Counted from the first letter of the stretch, positions 22,832 to 33,415 are shown. The stretch: 37,993 nucleotides of DNA from Octopus bimaculoides (GCF_001194135.2 NC_068995.1:42233201-42271193), one strand, 5' to 3'. Made by a program: numbers and translations. Notes: generated by a model from the letters alone, not told the origin.

Positions 22832-22886
22832 CTTGCAGCGGTAGAAACATGATTCCGCACTGAAGGGGTTGAAACATGAACCTCCT
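22832..22886 (-). other. Candidate 55-nt exon of an unknown gene
   Basis: Minus strand: acceptor ATTTCTTTGTATCTCTGCAG, donor AAG|GTGGGT; open in all three frames, one reading GGSCFNPFSAESCFYRCK. No homology recognised. Confidence 0.25.
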
Positions 22887-23170
22887 CTGCAGAGATACAA
22901 AGAAATATATAAACCCGGAGGAGATACTCCTGCAACGTCTTATCTGGCAGTAACTGGAAAGTGGAAACTAACCCGAAGGGAGATAACTAAGTTTGACATG
23001 AATACTGCATAATATTTCTACTTGAATGCATCATCTCTCTTACCTTTCACCGATGTGAATATATGTCGGTATAGGTGTTGATATAAACGCAGTATATACT
23101 GTATATCGTATTTTGTAAAAAAAAAGAAAAAAAGAAACAGCTTCGAATATGCTTCACTGAAGTGTGTAAT

Positions 23171-23539
23171 GGAGGCGCAATGGCCCTGTGGTTAGGGCAG
23201 CGGACTCGCGGTCATAGGATCGCGGTTTGGATTCCCAGACTGGGCGTTGTGAGTGTTTATTGAGCGAAAACACCTAAAGCTCCACGAGGCTCCGGCAGGG
23301 GGTGGTGGCGAACCCTGCTGTACTCTTACTTCCTGTTTCTGTTGTGCCTGTAACTCAAAGGGCCAGGCTTGTCACCCTCTGTGTCACGCTGAATATCCCC
23401 GAGAACTACGTTAAGGGTACACGTGTCTGTGGAGTGCTCAGCCACTTGCACGTTAATTTCACGAGCAGGCTGTTCCGTTGATCGGATCAACTGGAACCCT
23501 CGACGTCGTAATCGACGGAGTGCCAACAACAAGAACAAC
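23171..23539 (+). mobile_element. SINE family B, full-length with 12-bp target-site duplication
   Basis: tRNA-like head, (ACA)n-type tail, flanked by GAAGTGTGTAAT at 23159-23170 and 23540-23551. Confidence 0.95.
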
Positions 23540-24388
23540 GAAGTGTGTAATAAACCGAAACATGTCTGTTACTTTAAAGTTGGCTTTAAAGACCAGATCC
23601 ACTTCATTCTACTTTGTTTATATTGTCAAGAAATTTCTAATACACATCAAGTTGGAGTTATCCAATTTGTGTCTTGCTTGTAAGTTTTAAGCACCTCTTG
23701 TGAGGGAGTTTTTGTCAAATGATTGCATGGAAGTTCTCAGTTAATCGAAGTTTTTGAACTCACTACACAACTTATGTACGACCCTAGTTTTTCATAGCAG
23801 CCAAGCATGGTAGTGTAGTTAGGAACTTCGGTTTGCAGCCAATATAATTCCCTGTATTTTCCATTCGGCAGCACAGTGAGCAATATTTCGTTAGGTCGTT
23901 GCAATGTGGAAATTCATGTTGAAGCGTGAGAATGGGTTTAAATTGTGATAGCCTTCAAGTATGAAACATAAGAAGGGAACGTAACAACAAATAATGGTTC
24001 TACGGCAAATTTGCTGTAGCATTTCCCTTTCTATTTACCAAAATATGGTTCCACACCGGAAAGTTATTTTACTGGAACCAACAAATATCTTCTCTAATAG
24101 CCAATGCTTGAGCAGTTACCTACAGGGATCTTTATATATATGTAATATATTTCATGTTAAGAGCCAAGGGAAATAACCCATTCACCCAGATTTTAAAAGC
24201 CAAGGAAAATAATCCATCATTTTCCTAAATCATTCGGTATAAATCAAATTGAGTATGTTCATTTCTTAATATTTGAACTGTTAGAGTTAATTTTGCAATT
24301 TATCCAGTACAACCCTTAAACAAGTAAATAGTATTTTCCAAAACAATAGATCCACTTATTTCGGTTAGTGACTTATTCATGAACATAC

Positions 24389-24458
24389 CAGCACTAGCGC
24401 TGCTGAGGGTAATATTCTCTGGGAACGCACAAAAGCCCTTTTCAGAGTTATTTATTTT
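24389..24458 (-). other. Candidate 70-nt exon of an unknown gene
   Basis: Minus strand: acceptor TTTTCTTAGTTATATTTTCCAG, donor CTG|GTATGT; only one open frame, KINNSEKGFCAFPENITLSSASA. Confidence 0.25.
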
Positions 24459-25910
24459 CTGGAAAATATAACTAAGAAAAATATGAAATGTGTATTTTAT
24501 TGCCAATATGTGTGTGTCTTTTCATACTCGTGTACTTAGATGTTTTTAAAATGTTTCTTTATGAGTAGACGTAGGTGTGTAGGTATTTTCTGAAATGCGT
24601 ATCCACGCCATCATCACAGTTAAAACCATCATCGCTATCACAACAAATGCATACAAACTAGTTTTAAAGGAACTTCTTTCAAACTCCCTATTTTGTTTTC
24701 CACACATTCACTGAAATATTTCAGCTGCTGGAAACATGTTAAACAATCTAAAGCATCAGAGAAGAAGAATAACCTAATTGTTTCTTGCAATAAATTCATC
24801 ACTATCACAACAAATGCAAACAGATTCTTTATTTCCAGCATCCATTTGCTCTTCATAGCATTGCACCAACTGACGTCCCACCTCACACGAAGGTAAACGA
24901 ATAAGTTGCCTCCAGGCTTTACCGTCTCACCAACGACGTATTTGACACACGAGCCGTCACTGAGGGTCTCAATATTTTTTATCTTGTTACACAAGCCATA
25001 AGCATTAAGATATCATTTGTTTACTTGTTTTTTTGTGTAAAGGATTTTGTGAACAATAGCATCGTATTTTCTGTGATATTTTGTGAACGATTATTTTGTC
25101 AGTGACAAAATCCCATCTGACCAAGCACTGATACACAGCTTTTAGAATAATGAGAACGACAAAAGAATGAGCAACTCAGACGAAATATACAGAATAGTTA
25201 TACTTCAAAGGACATGTTTAATGGTGAAACAAGTACCTCCTTTTTGTAGGCGGCGGGCTTGTCAATTGTTGTGAGATTTCTCTTTACGTGAAAGCACAGT
25301 TCGATATCAGCGAATCCTTCCAACAATTTTCCTGAAATTGTGATAGGTCTAAATATTTCGTTTATTCACAACGACTCTATAAATGAGCTACAGTATTGAT
25401 TCTTTGCAACAATTGACTCTTTTGTATTGACTCTTTGCAACAATTTCTTGTACTGTTGTTGTTGTTGCTGTTGTTATGTTGTCACTGCTGTCGCTGTCTC
25501 CAAAACTACTTATTTTAGTATTAGGAGCATTGTTTTCCATCAATTCTTTACTAAATGTTCATTTTCGTTTTGAACTTCTACTGTTGTGTGTTTGGACTTT
25601 GTGCTGTGTGTTTGGACTGTCTCCATTGCAGTACTTATCCTTATAGTATAAGTATGTCTGCTTGCCATTTGGATGTAATAATATCATGAATTTTTCTAAA
25701 AATTAATGTTTCAAAACACTCTCAACATTTTCCTTTTAGGTCAGGTTATCGAAGGCAGGCTTTTCTTAGATAATTACAGTTCTTTCTTACAAATAGCCCA
25801 AAGAAAATTTTATTTGGTAATACATGAGGAAATCGTGTGTCGCTGAGAGAATAGACGCGAAATCTTCGCACTATGAAAATCAAATAATAATAATCGCTTC
25901 TGTTATACAC

Positions 25911-26100
25911 ACAATCCCTGAAAATTTTGAAGGGAACATGTTAGTCGATTATATCGACTACAGTGCTCAGCGGATACATATTTAATCGACCCAGAAAGGC
26001 TGTAAAAAACAAGTCTACCTCAGTGGCATTTGAACTCAGAACGTAAAGTTGGACGAAATGCCTCTAAGAATTTTGTCCGGCACGCTAACGATTCTGCCAG
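25911..26100 (-). mobile_element. SINE family E
   Basis: TTAGTCGATTATATCGAC...ATCGACCCAGAAAGG...ATTTGAACTCAGAACGTAAAG...CACGCTAACGATTCTGCCAG. Confidence 0.85.
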
Positions 26101-26439
26101 TACACCGACTTAAAAAGAATACACCCACACACACATCTGCGTGTGTGTGTGTGTGTGCGTGCGTGCGAGTGTGGCCATATGTGTGTCAGTACGTATGCGT
26201 ATGTATATATTTATGTGGGCTACTCTCCGATATGCTTTATTTATTTTAACAGCTATACACAGCCTTATATACCCCTTATATACCCGGGAAACACTAAACA
26301 TCTTCAGGCTTCTTTCATTATATTCATTCACCCTCCTACATATCCATTCCGTTTTCTTTTTTTAATCAAATCACACTTTCCACCTGTTTTCTCATCATTT
26401 ATATTTCATATACTATTGTCTATACGCCTTTACTACTTA

Positions 26440-26512
26440 TCTATCTATCTATCTATCTATCTAACTATCTATCTATCTGCCTACTTACGTTCTACCTATC
26501 TATCTTTCTGTA
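26440..26512. repeat. (ATCT)n microsatellite
   Basis: Direct reading. Confidence 0.9.
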
Positions 26513-27113
26513 TCGAATTCATGGACCTCCCAGTCTATTTGTTTTTCTAAGTGATTGTCTCTATGTGTATGTATATATTAGTTTTCTTGTTTCCTTCAAA
26601 ATGATCCTATAAAAGAAGCGGCTGGTTTCCAACAAACGAACAAAGCTCCGTCGCTGGATTTGAAATAAGAACATTGGTAAAGAGTTACATTTTGTATCAC
26701 TTGGGGCAATAGTAAATTTTATGTGTTGGTCAATTTCTTTACCAAGAAACACAACGCAATATTTTCGAGATTACTGCGTTCATATATATACATTATGTTT
26801 CCTTTCATTATGCAGATCAATCATCCCTCAATAAAATCAAAACTCGTTGTTCGATTTTCTTGAAATTTTTACGGGATATGTAGGATTAAATATCCCATGT
26901 TTCGCGTAAATTTCGTCTAAATCAGTGTACATTTAAAGTGGAAATGAATAAAAACATGTTTATATGGTGTTTCTTTCTATAATGCAAGTTAACAAATATT
27001 ATATAAACTACATGTAATTTGATTTACATATAAAACAATACATAACCAGACCATTAATATATACATATATCTTCCACCATATAATTGTATTTACAAAACT
27101 TTAAGTATATATT

Positions 27114-27683
27114 TTACATCTTTATATAGCCTGCTTTACCATATATAACTTTAAATATTCTCTTATCAACTGATTTTGTCAATTTCTCAACAATCTCACT
27201 TTTGATATTACTTGCAGCAGTTTTTATTGCTTCCCATAGTAAATCTGTGTTTGGATATTGTTTACCATTCGAATATACATCTTTTTTAAAAATTGACCGC
27301 AAATCCTCTATTGGGAGAATGGCGGCGCCATCTCATTATCTTAAGTTCTTGGAAACCTTTCTGAGCTAAATGTTTAATAGTGAGTTTGGCAGACTGTGAA
27401 GGGGCATTATCATGCATAAACACGGTCTTTAACTTGAAACTTCGCGATGTTGACTTGTACCAATGAAAGAAGTTGTTATCTAGAACCTTGCAATAATTTT
27501 CAGCATTTATTTTGATTCCATCAGCAACTTTAAATGGACCTATAATATCTCCTCCAACTATACCAGCCCAAAACGATTCCCCCACTACCTTGCTGTCTTC
27601 TTAATCGTGTTGGTTGATTATTCCATGTAACACCCAGCCGCTTGCCCATCCATCAGGTCCATCTAATGTTGCTCTTCACTCAT
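27114..27683 (-). pseudogene. Tc1-like DDE transposase relic, catalytic domain and C-terminus
   Basis: E*RATLDGPDGW..RLRRQQG..FWAGIVG..GPFKVADGIKINAENYC; VFMHDNAPS; PIEDLRSIFKKDVYSNGKQY. Frameshifted; N-terminus cut at the adjoining SINE. Confidence 0.92.
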
Positions 27684-27870
27684 TTACTCTTTTAATTGTT
27701 TCTGTCATTTGACTGCGGCCATGCTGGGGCACCGCCTTTAGTCGAGCAAATCAACCTCAGGACTTATTCTTTGTAAGCCTAGTACTTATTATATCGGTCT
27801 CTTTTGCCGAACCGCTAATGTTACGGGGACGTAAACACACCAGCATCGGTTGTCAAGCGATGTTGTGGGA

Positions 27871-27915
<45 letters not shown>

Positions 27916-28095
27916 TTACATATATTATATACGACGGGCTTCTTTCAGTTTTCCGTCTACCAAATCCACTCACAAGGCTTTGGTCGGCCCGAGGCTATAG
28001 TAGAAGACACTTGCCCAAGGTGCCACGCAGTGGGAATGAACCCTGAACCATGCGGGTGGTAAGCAAGCTGCTTACCACTCAGCCACTCCTGCGTC
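27684..28095 (-). mobile_element. SINE family A, full-length, internal (CA)n
   Basis: Complete head-core-microsatellite-tail, colinear with 31757-32154. Confidence 0.95.
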
Positions 28096-28539
28096 GTGTG
28101 TATATTAAAGTAAAATATTCGGCAAAGTCACTGTGTTTTGGTCGTCATTATAGCAGGTCGTAGTTCTATTTTATAAGGACTGGACCCGGGACTAAACAAA
28201 CGACACCAGCAACAGTAACAACTACAATAACAATAAGGTTTATTTTATAGCAGCTGTATCGTCTCCATCTCAGTTACTGATGAAAATATGAGATTGCTGA
28301 TGTCACTACATACCTCTACAGAACAGTTTAACGATGACCCTAATACGTTCTGCATTCTGCACTTGTTGACACACCGGTGAGCAGAGTTGGAGGGTTGGTG
28401 CGGTCCATCTGTTGATCTGGTCATTGATAAACTGTGTACTTAGTAGACCTGTGTCAGACCACCTGCAGACGGGAGCTCTACATTGTTGATAATGTTACAG
28501 TTGTTCTTATTGTTCTTTAGCACTATGTTAACCCATATT

Positions 28540-28680
28540 GAGGGCACCCGTTATTAAAGGCATTTCAGTTATAATCAACCCTTCTTGTAATACATATAGG
28601 ACCTCATTGTCCAGTGTGTGACTTTTTCAAGCAGGAAGCGTGTGATTAGGGTGAGCATTTGTTGCTATGTCTAGCAGATT
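28540..28680 (-). repeat. Dispersed repeat family F, second copy
   Basis: See 6478-6600. Confidence 0.5.
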
Positions 28681-28977
28681 ATACGACCATGTAAAGGTTC
28701 ACTCGTTTGTGGTAGTATCGAGCGATGAGGTGTTCTCATTCATACTGCTGTTGTTGATTTGGTCATTGTGTCGTAGTTGATGACAATAATCGACAAGATC
28801 TGTCATCAAAAGCAATCCGTCCGTGCCCACCTTGTTTTTCGTCTTTTTTGGTGGGTGGAATAAAATACCTAGGATTATAATACCCAGTTTGTGCTTTTCT
28901 TGTCTAAGTCATTCGTGTTAAATTCGAGGGAAATTATTTCAAGCAGGTCAGGTAACCACGTTCAGACTTAACCGTTG

Positions 28978-29053
28978 GATAGTAGTAGTAGTAGTAGTAG
29001 CAGTAGTAGTAGTAGTAGTAGTAGTAGTAGCAGCAGCAGCAGCAGTAGTAGTA
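28978..29053. repeat. (AGT)n/(AGC)n microsatellite
   Basis: Direct reading. Confidence 0.95.
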
Positions 29054-29139
29054 GATTTTGCAGTTATTGTTACAATTGCTGGTGTAGTAGCAGTTGTTGC
29101 TACGGACGGTTCTTTAATCTTTTACTTATTTCACTCATT

Positions 29140-29317
29140 AAATTGCGACCTTGCTGGGGCATTTTGAAGAATTTTAGTTTAAAAAAATCAACCCCAGTAC
29201 ATTATTTTATTTTAAGCCTGATACTTATTCTATCCTTTGATTTGCCGAAAAGCTAAGTTACGGGGACGTAAATATGCCAATGTCGGTTGTCAAGCAGAGC
29301 TGGGGACAAACACAGAC

Positions 29318-29377
<60 letters not shown>

Positions 29378-29528
29378 TACAATGCTTGCTTCAGTTTCCG
29401 TCAACCAAATCCACTCTCAAGGCTTTAGTCGCCCCGAAGATATATTAGTAGACACTTGCCCAAGGTGCGACACAGTGGGACTGAACCCGGAACCATGTTG
29501 CTAAGAATCAAACAGCTACGTGTGTGCC
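29140..29528 (-). mobile_element. SINE family A, diverged, A box missing
   Basis: Core and tail align; head reads TAGGCACA-CAC-GTAGCT on the minus strand. Confidence 0.85.
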
Positions 29529-29941
29529 TATTGTTGCTACCGTTGCGGAGGGAAGAAGGGAGGTTTGTGCTGACTGCAATGTGGGTTGTGGTGGAGGTAA
29601 GAGTGATCACGGTAGTAGTAGTATCAGTAATGGCTAAATTAATAGCAGTAGCCGTAGCGGATCTTTGTCGTCGTTGTTACAAAACTGGTAGTTGTTATTG
29701 AGAAATGCCAGAATAGATAAATCACGCTTAAATCGTTCTCTACTGTCTTAAAAAGTGACGGGAACAGTGGTTAAGGCAGGTCTAACAATGCTACCTTTGA
29801 ATAAAAAGATAGGATTGTCATGTTAGGATAAAACTATGCCCAGTGTACTTATTTTATTGATTGCGATTTACAGATTGGCTAAGTTTTAACCTTTAGTAAG
29901 AAAAAGAAGACGATTTGTCACACGCACACACGCACATACAT

Positions 29942-30194
29942 GGGCGCAGGAGTGACTGTGTGGTTAATCGATACAGCTACTTCACCCCTTTTATGTTTGT
30001 CTGTCCTTGTTCGTACCCTCTTTGTAATGCCTTTATGGCAAATATTTATCAAATAAAGTAGCTTGCTTACGAACCACATGGTTCCAGGTTCAGTCCCACT
30101 GCGTGGCACCTTGGGCAAGTATCTTCTACTATAGCCTCGGGCCGACCAAAGACTTGTGAGTGGATTTGGTAGAGGAAACTGAAAGAAGCCCGTC

Positions 30195-30243
<49 letters not shown>

Positions 30244-30403
30244 TGTGTGTATATGTTTGTGTGCCTGTGTTTGTCCCCCCAACACCGCTTCACAACCGAT
30301 GCTGGTGTGTTTACGTCCCCGTAACTTAACGGTTCGGCAAAAGAGGCCGATAGAATAAGCACTAGGCTTACGAAGAATAAGTCCTGGGGTCGATTTTCTC
30401 GAC
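29942..30403 (+). mobile_element. SINE family A with a 91-bp insertion in the head, 3'-truncated
   Basis: GGGCGCAGGAGTGACTGTGTGGT [29965-30055 insert] AAGTAGCTTGC..., internal (TA)n, ends at GGGGTCGATTTTCTCGAC. Confidence 0.92.
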
Positions 30404-30733
30404 ATTTTTTCGGCTATCTTGGAAACGCCTGAAACATTCGTACACTTGTGTCCGGCTCATACACTCCTCTCCATGCACTTTCTGCAATTTTGCATAGGCC
30501 TCTGAGCAGATATCACCATGACAACTTTCTCTGTCATGATCAATATGATGATCACACGCTACACACCTTCCTTCCAAGCATTGCTGTAAACAGCAGAAGA
30601 GAACTAGAACGCTAAATCTTAACGTGCATGCACAACAGATTTCAAGATCAATCTCTGCCAACCGGCTTCACTCTGCATGCTTTAGCTTCGTTACTATGGC
30701 AACAGTCCGGATACTTATTGTTCAGAACTCGTA
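30404..30733 (-). mobile_element. mariner 5' end: TA, TIR, UTR and first helix-turn-helix region
   Basis: Minus strand: TA|CGAGTTCTGAACAATAAGTATCCGGACTGT (mariner-type TIR, 30731-30702); MTEKV..GDICSEAYAKLQKVHGEECMSRTQVYECFRRFQDSRKNV. Confidence 0.88.
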
Positions 30734-30879
30734 TTTCTCTTTTACTTTTTACCATTGACTGCTTTTTTTCTGTCTTCTACGTCTCTCTCCTAACTTTATT
30801 CGCCCTCTCCAACCGTATGACTACCTCTTTCACTTTTTCTCTAAATTTCTGTCTTCGTCGTTTGACTCTCCTCCTGTCT

Positions 30880-31045
30880 CCCCTCTCTCTCTCTTTTACA
30901 TTCAGTCTCTCTCTCTCTCTCTCTCTCTTTTACATTCAGTCTCTCTCTCTCTCTCTCTTTTACATTCAGTCTCTCTCTCTCTCTCTTTTACATTCAGTCT
31001 CTCTCTCTCTCTCTCTCTTTTACATTCAGTCTCTCTCCCTCTCAC
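30880..31045 (+). repeat. Compound minisatellite [(TC)n-TTTTACATTCAG] x5
   Basis: 12-mer at 30894, 30928, 30958, 30986 and 31018. Confidence 0.95.
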
Positions 31046-31619
31046 ATACACGCATACACACACACACACACATTCTGTTTATAAAGACTCCTCCTTCACT
31101 TACGGACTCACCCCCCTCCACATTCTCTCCCTCTAATGCTATCTTATAAACCGCAATAAATATTTTGCTTCAACATTGAAAATCTTTTAAAATCGCCATT
31201 TTCTATTGTGAAATGCCAAAAATCAGCAAAAATCATCTAAAAATCACCGCCCCCATCCGAAAAAAATGTTTCCCCCCCCCCCCACCAAATCACTTAAAGG
31301 CACCACCTCAACAACGAGACAGATAATCCACAGTTACCTGCTTCCTTTAAATCCTTACATGAGACATTTTGGCATCAGCAAATATTTTTACTCCTCCCCT
31401 CCATCCACTTCTTCATACGGCACTTAAATTTGTTTGTTGTCGATGTGGTCTGTTGGGGATGGTGTTGTTCTTTTTGTTGTTGATCTAATGCCGTTGCTGT
31501 TGCTGCTGCTGCTGCTGCTGAGGATGAGGATGAGGATGAGGATAAAGCTGGCAAAAAGGATGGTTTCATTGTAGCATCATTTGAGCATCGGACAAAACGC
31601 CATGCAGTATTTGTTCCGT

Positions 31620-31742
31620 TTATTCGTGTACTGGTTTCAAATTTTGCCCAAGTCTACTTTAGTTTTCTCTATTTGAGGCCGATAGCAACGACTAAACCCG
31701 TTCCTCCCAAAATTGCTGGCCTCGTGCTGAAATCAGAAATAA
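31620..31742 (+). mobile_element. SINE family E, heavily decayed
   Basis: GGTTTCAAATTTTGCCCAAGTCTACTTT...CCCAAAATTGCTGGCCTCGTGCTGAAAT resembles the E core and tail. Confidence 0.55.
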
Positions 31743-31756
31743 TTATTACTGTTATA

Positions 31757-32154
31757 GGCACAGGAGTGGCTGTGTGGTAAGTAGCTTGCTTACCAACCAC
31801 ATGGTTCCGGGTTCAGTCCCACTGCGTGGCACGTTGGGCAAGTGTCTTCTACTATAGCCTCGGGCCGACCAATGCCTTGTGAGTGGATTTGGTAGACTGA
31901 AACTGAAAGAAGCCCGTTGTATATATGTATATGTATATATCTGTGTGTGTGTTTGTATGTCTGTGTTTGTCCCCCCAACATCGCTTGACAACTGATGCTG
32001 GTGTGTTGAGGTCCCCGTAACATTAGCGGTTCGGCAAGAGAGTTTGATAGAATAAGTACTAGGCTTACAAAAGAATATGTCCTGGGGTCGATTTGCTCGA
32101 TTAAAGGCGGTGCACCAGCATGGCCGAAGTCAAATGACTGAAACAAGTAAAAAA
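31757..32154 (+). mobile_element. SINE family A, full-length (reference copy)
   Basis: A-box-like TGGCTGTGTGG, B-box-like GGTTCAGTCCC, CORE-like TTGGGCAAGTGTCTTC, short internal TA/TG tract, tail CAAATGACTGAAACAAGTAAAA. Confidence 0.95.
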
Positions 32155-32390
32155 ATTACTGTTATAGGCACAGGAGTGGCTGTGTGGTACTTTTATATAT
32201 AAAAGAGGTGAGGATCGGAATCCTTCAAAAGTCCGCCGGTACAATCCAGGCAAAGAATATATAGAAATACATATTCAGTATTTGCAAAATCAATAAATAA
32301 AGTATAAGGACAGGAAAAAAGAAATATAGGTGTAGACAATCTTTTATTTAAATCCAAGTTGGTACAAAACTGATATATGTTATACAAATA

Positions 32391-32460
32391 GTTTCGGAGT
32401 CTAATGAATTCCAAAAAACAAAACAGAAAACACTTCAAATAAAATTAGATTCTTCGTCAG
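32391..32460 (-). ncRNA. Hammerhead-ribozyme-like core, degenerate
   Basis: Minus strand: CTGACGA-A-GAATCTAAT-[38 nt]-ATTAGACTC-C-GAAAC; stem II pairs 8 of 9; stems I and III not convincingly formed. Confidence 0.4.
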
Positions 32461-32596
32461 GAATTACGACTTGGCATAAATAATTATGACCAACAAAAAA
32501 CCATAAAAAGACCTTTTATAGCCCCCCTCCCCCCACACGTGTCTGTGCGCAGGCGCTTATACCTCTAAATGCGCGTGTACGTAGTATGTTATTCCG

Positions 32597-32796
32597 TTTA
32601 CGCAAAATGTTTAACGCTATTTCGTCCATTTAACGTTCCGACTTCAAATTCCGCCGAAGTCGACTTTGCCTTTTATTGTTTCGGGGGTCGATGAAATACG
32701 TATCAGTCGAGCATTGGGATCGATTTAATCGATTAGCTCCCTTCCTCAAAATTACATTCTATTTATCTTTTCCTACCAAAAATTTCAGGTCTCGTA
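32597..32796 (+). mobile_element. SINE family E
   Basis: TTCAAATTCCGCCGAAGTCGACTTTGCC...GGGGTCGATGAAATACGTATCAG...ATCGATTTAATCGATT. Confidence 0.85.
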
Positions 32797-33199
32797 CTTA
32801 CAACAGAAAGGATATTTCAATTTATGATTAAGAGTTCCATTGATAGGATAAAATAATAATTTAGTTACTATTTCTAGCATATCGACTGACCACTTACAGA
32901 TTTTATTTTTAGCTTGCGTTAGACGGAGATGTTTAAAGCGGTCATCTATTGGTTTACAGAAGAAAACGATCGTACCAGTTGACGTTCTGTACATACATAT
33001 GTATGCATGTGTGTGTGCTTGTGTGTGTGTGTTTGTCTGAGATCATGTGTGTGTGTTTTTATACATGGTTATGTAAATGTTTTTAGAAAAATCTGTGTAT
33101 TCTCTGGCAAAAGTAGGATGTATATAAAAATGTTTGAGAAATGTTTTTTACTTCTGCAATTTAAGGAAAATCCGGATTCATGTCGTTTCGTGTGCATAT

Positions 33200-33354
33200 G
33201 ATTGCAGGAACACACACACACGCACACACATATAAACATATAAATATATATACATACACGTGCATACGTATGCACATACATATACATACATATATATACA
33301 TGCATACACGTACATACGTATACACATACATATACATAAATATATACATACGTA

Positions 33355-33415
<61 letters not shown>

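Noticed and set aside
25093-25111. Perfect 9-bp-arm palindrome ATTTTGTCA-G-TGACAAAAT
   Set aside because: A few of this size are expected by chance in 38 kb of AT-rich sequence.
26853-26923. Imperfect 70-nt hairpin, and a nearby CAGTG as the Tc1 right TIR
   Set aside because: Pairing is loose, no flanking TA sits directly at CAGTG and there is no partner TIR.
29700-29830. Third copy of dispersed family F
   Set aside because: Similarity too patchy to assert without an alignment.
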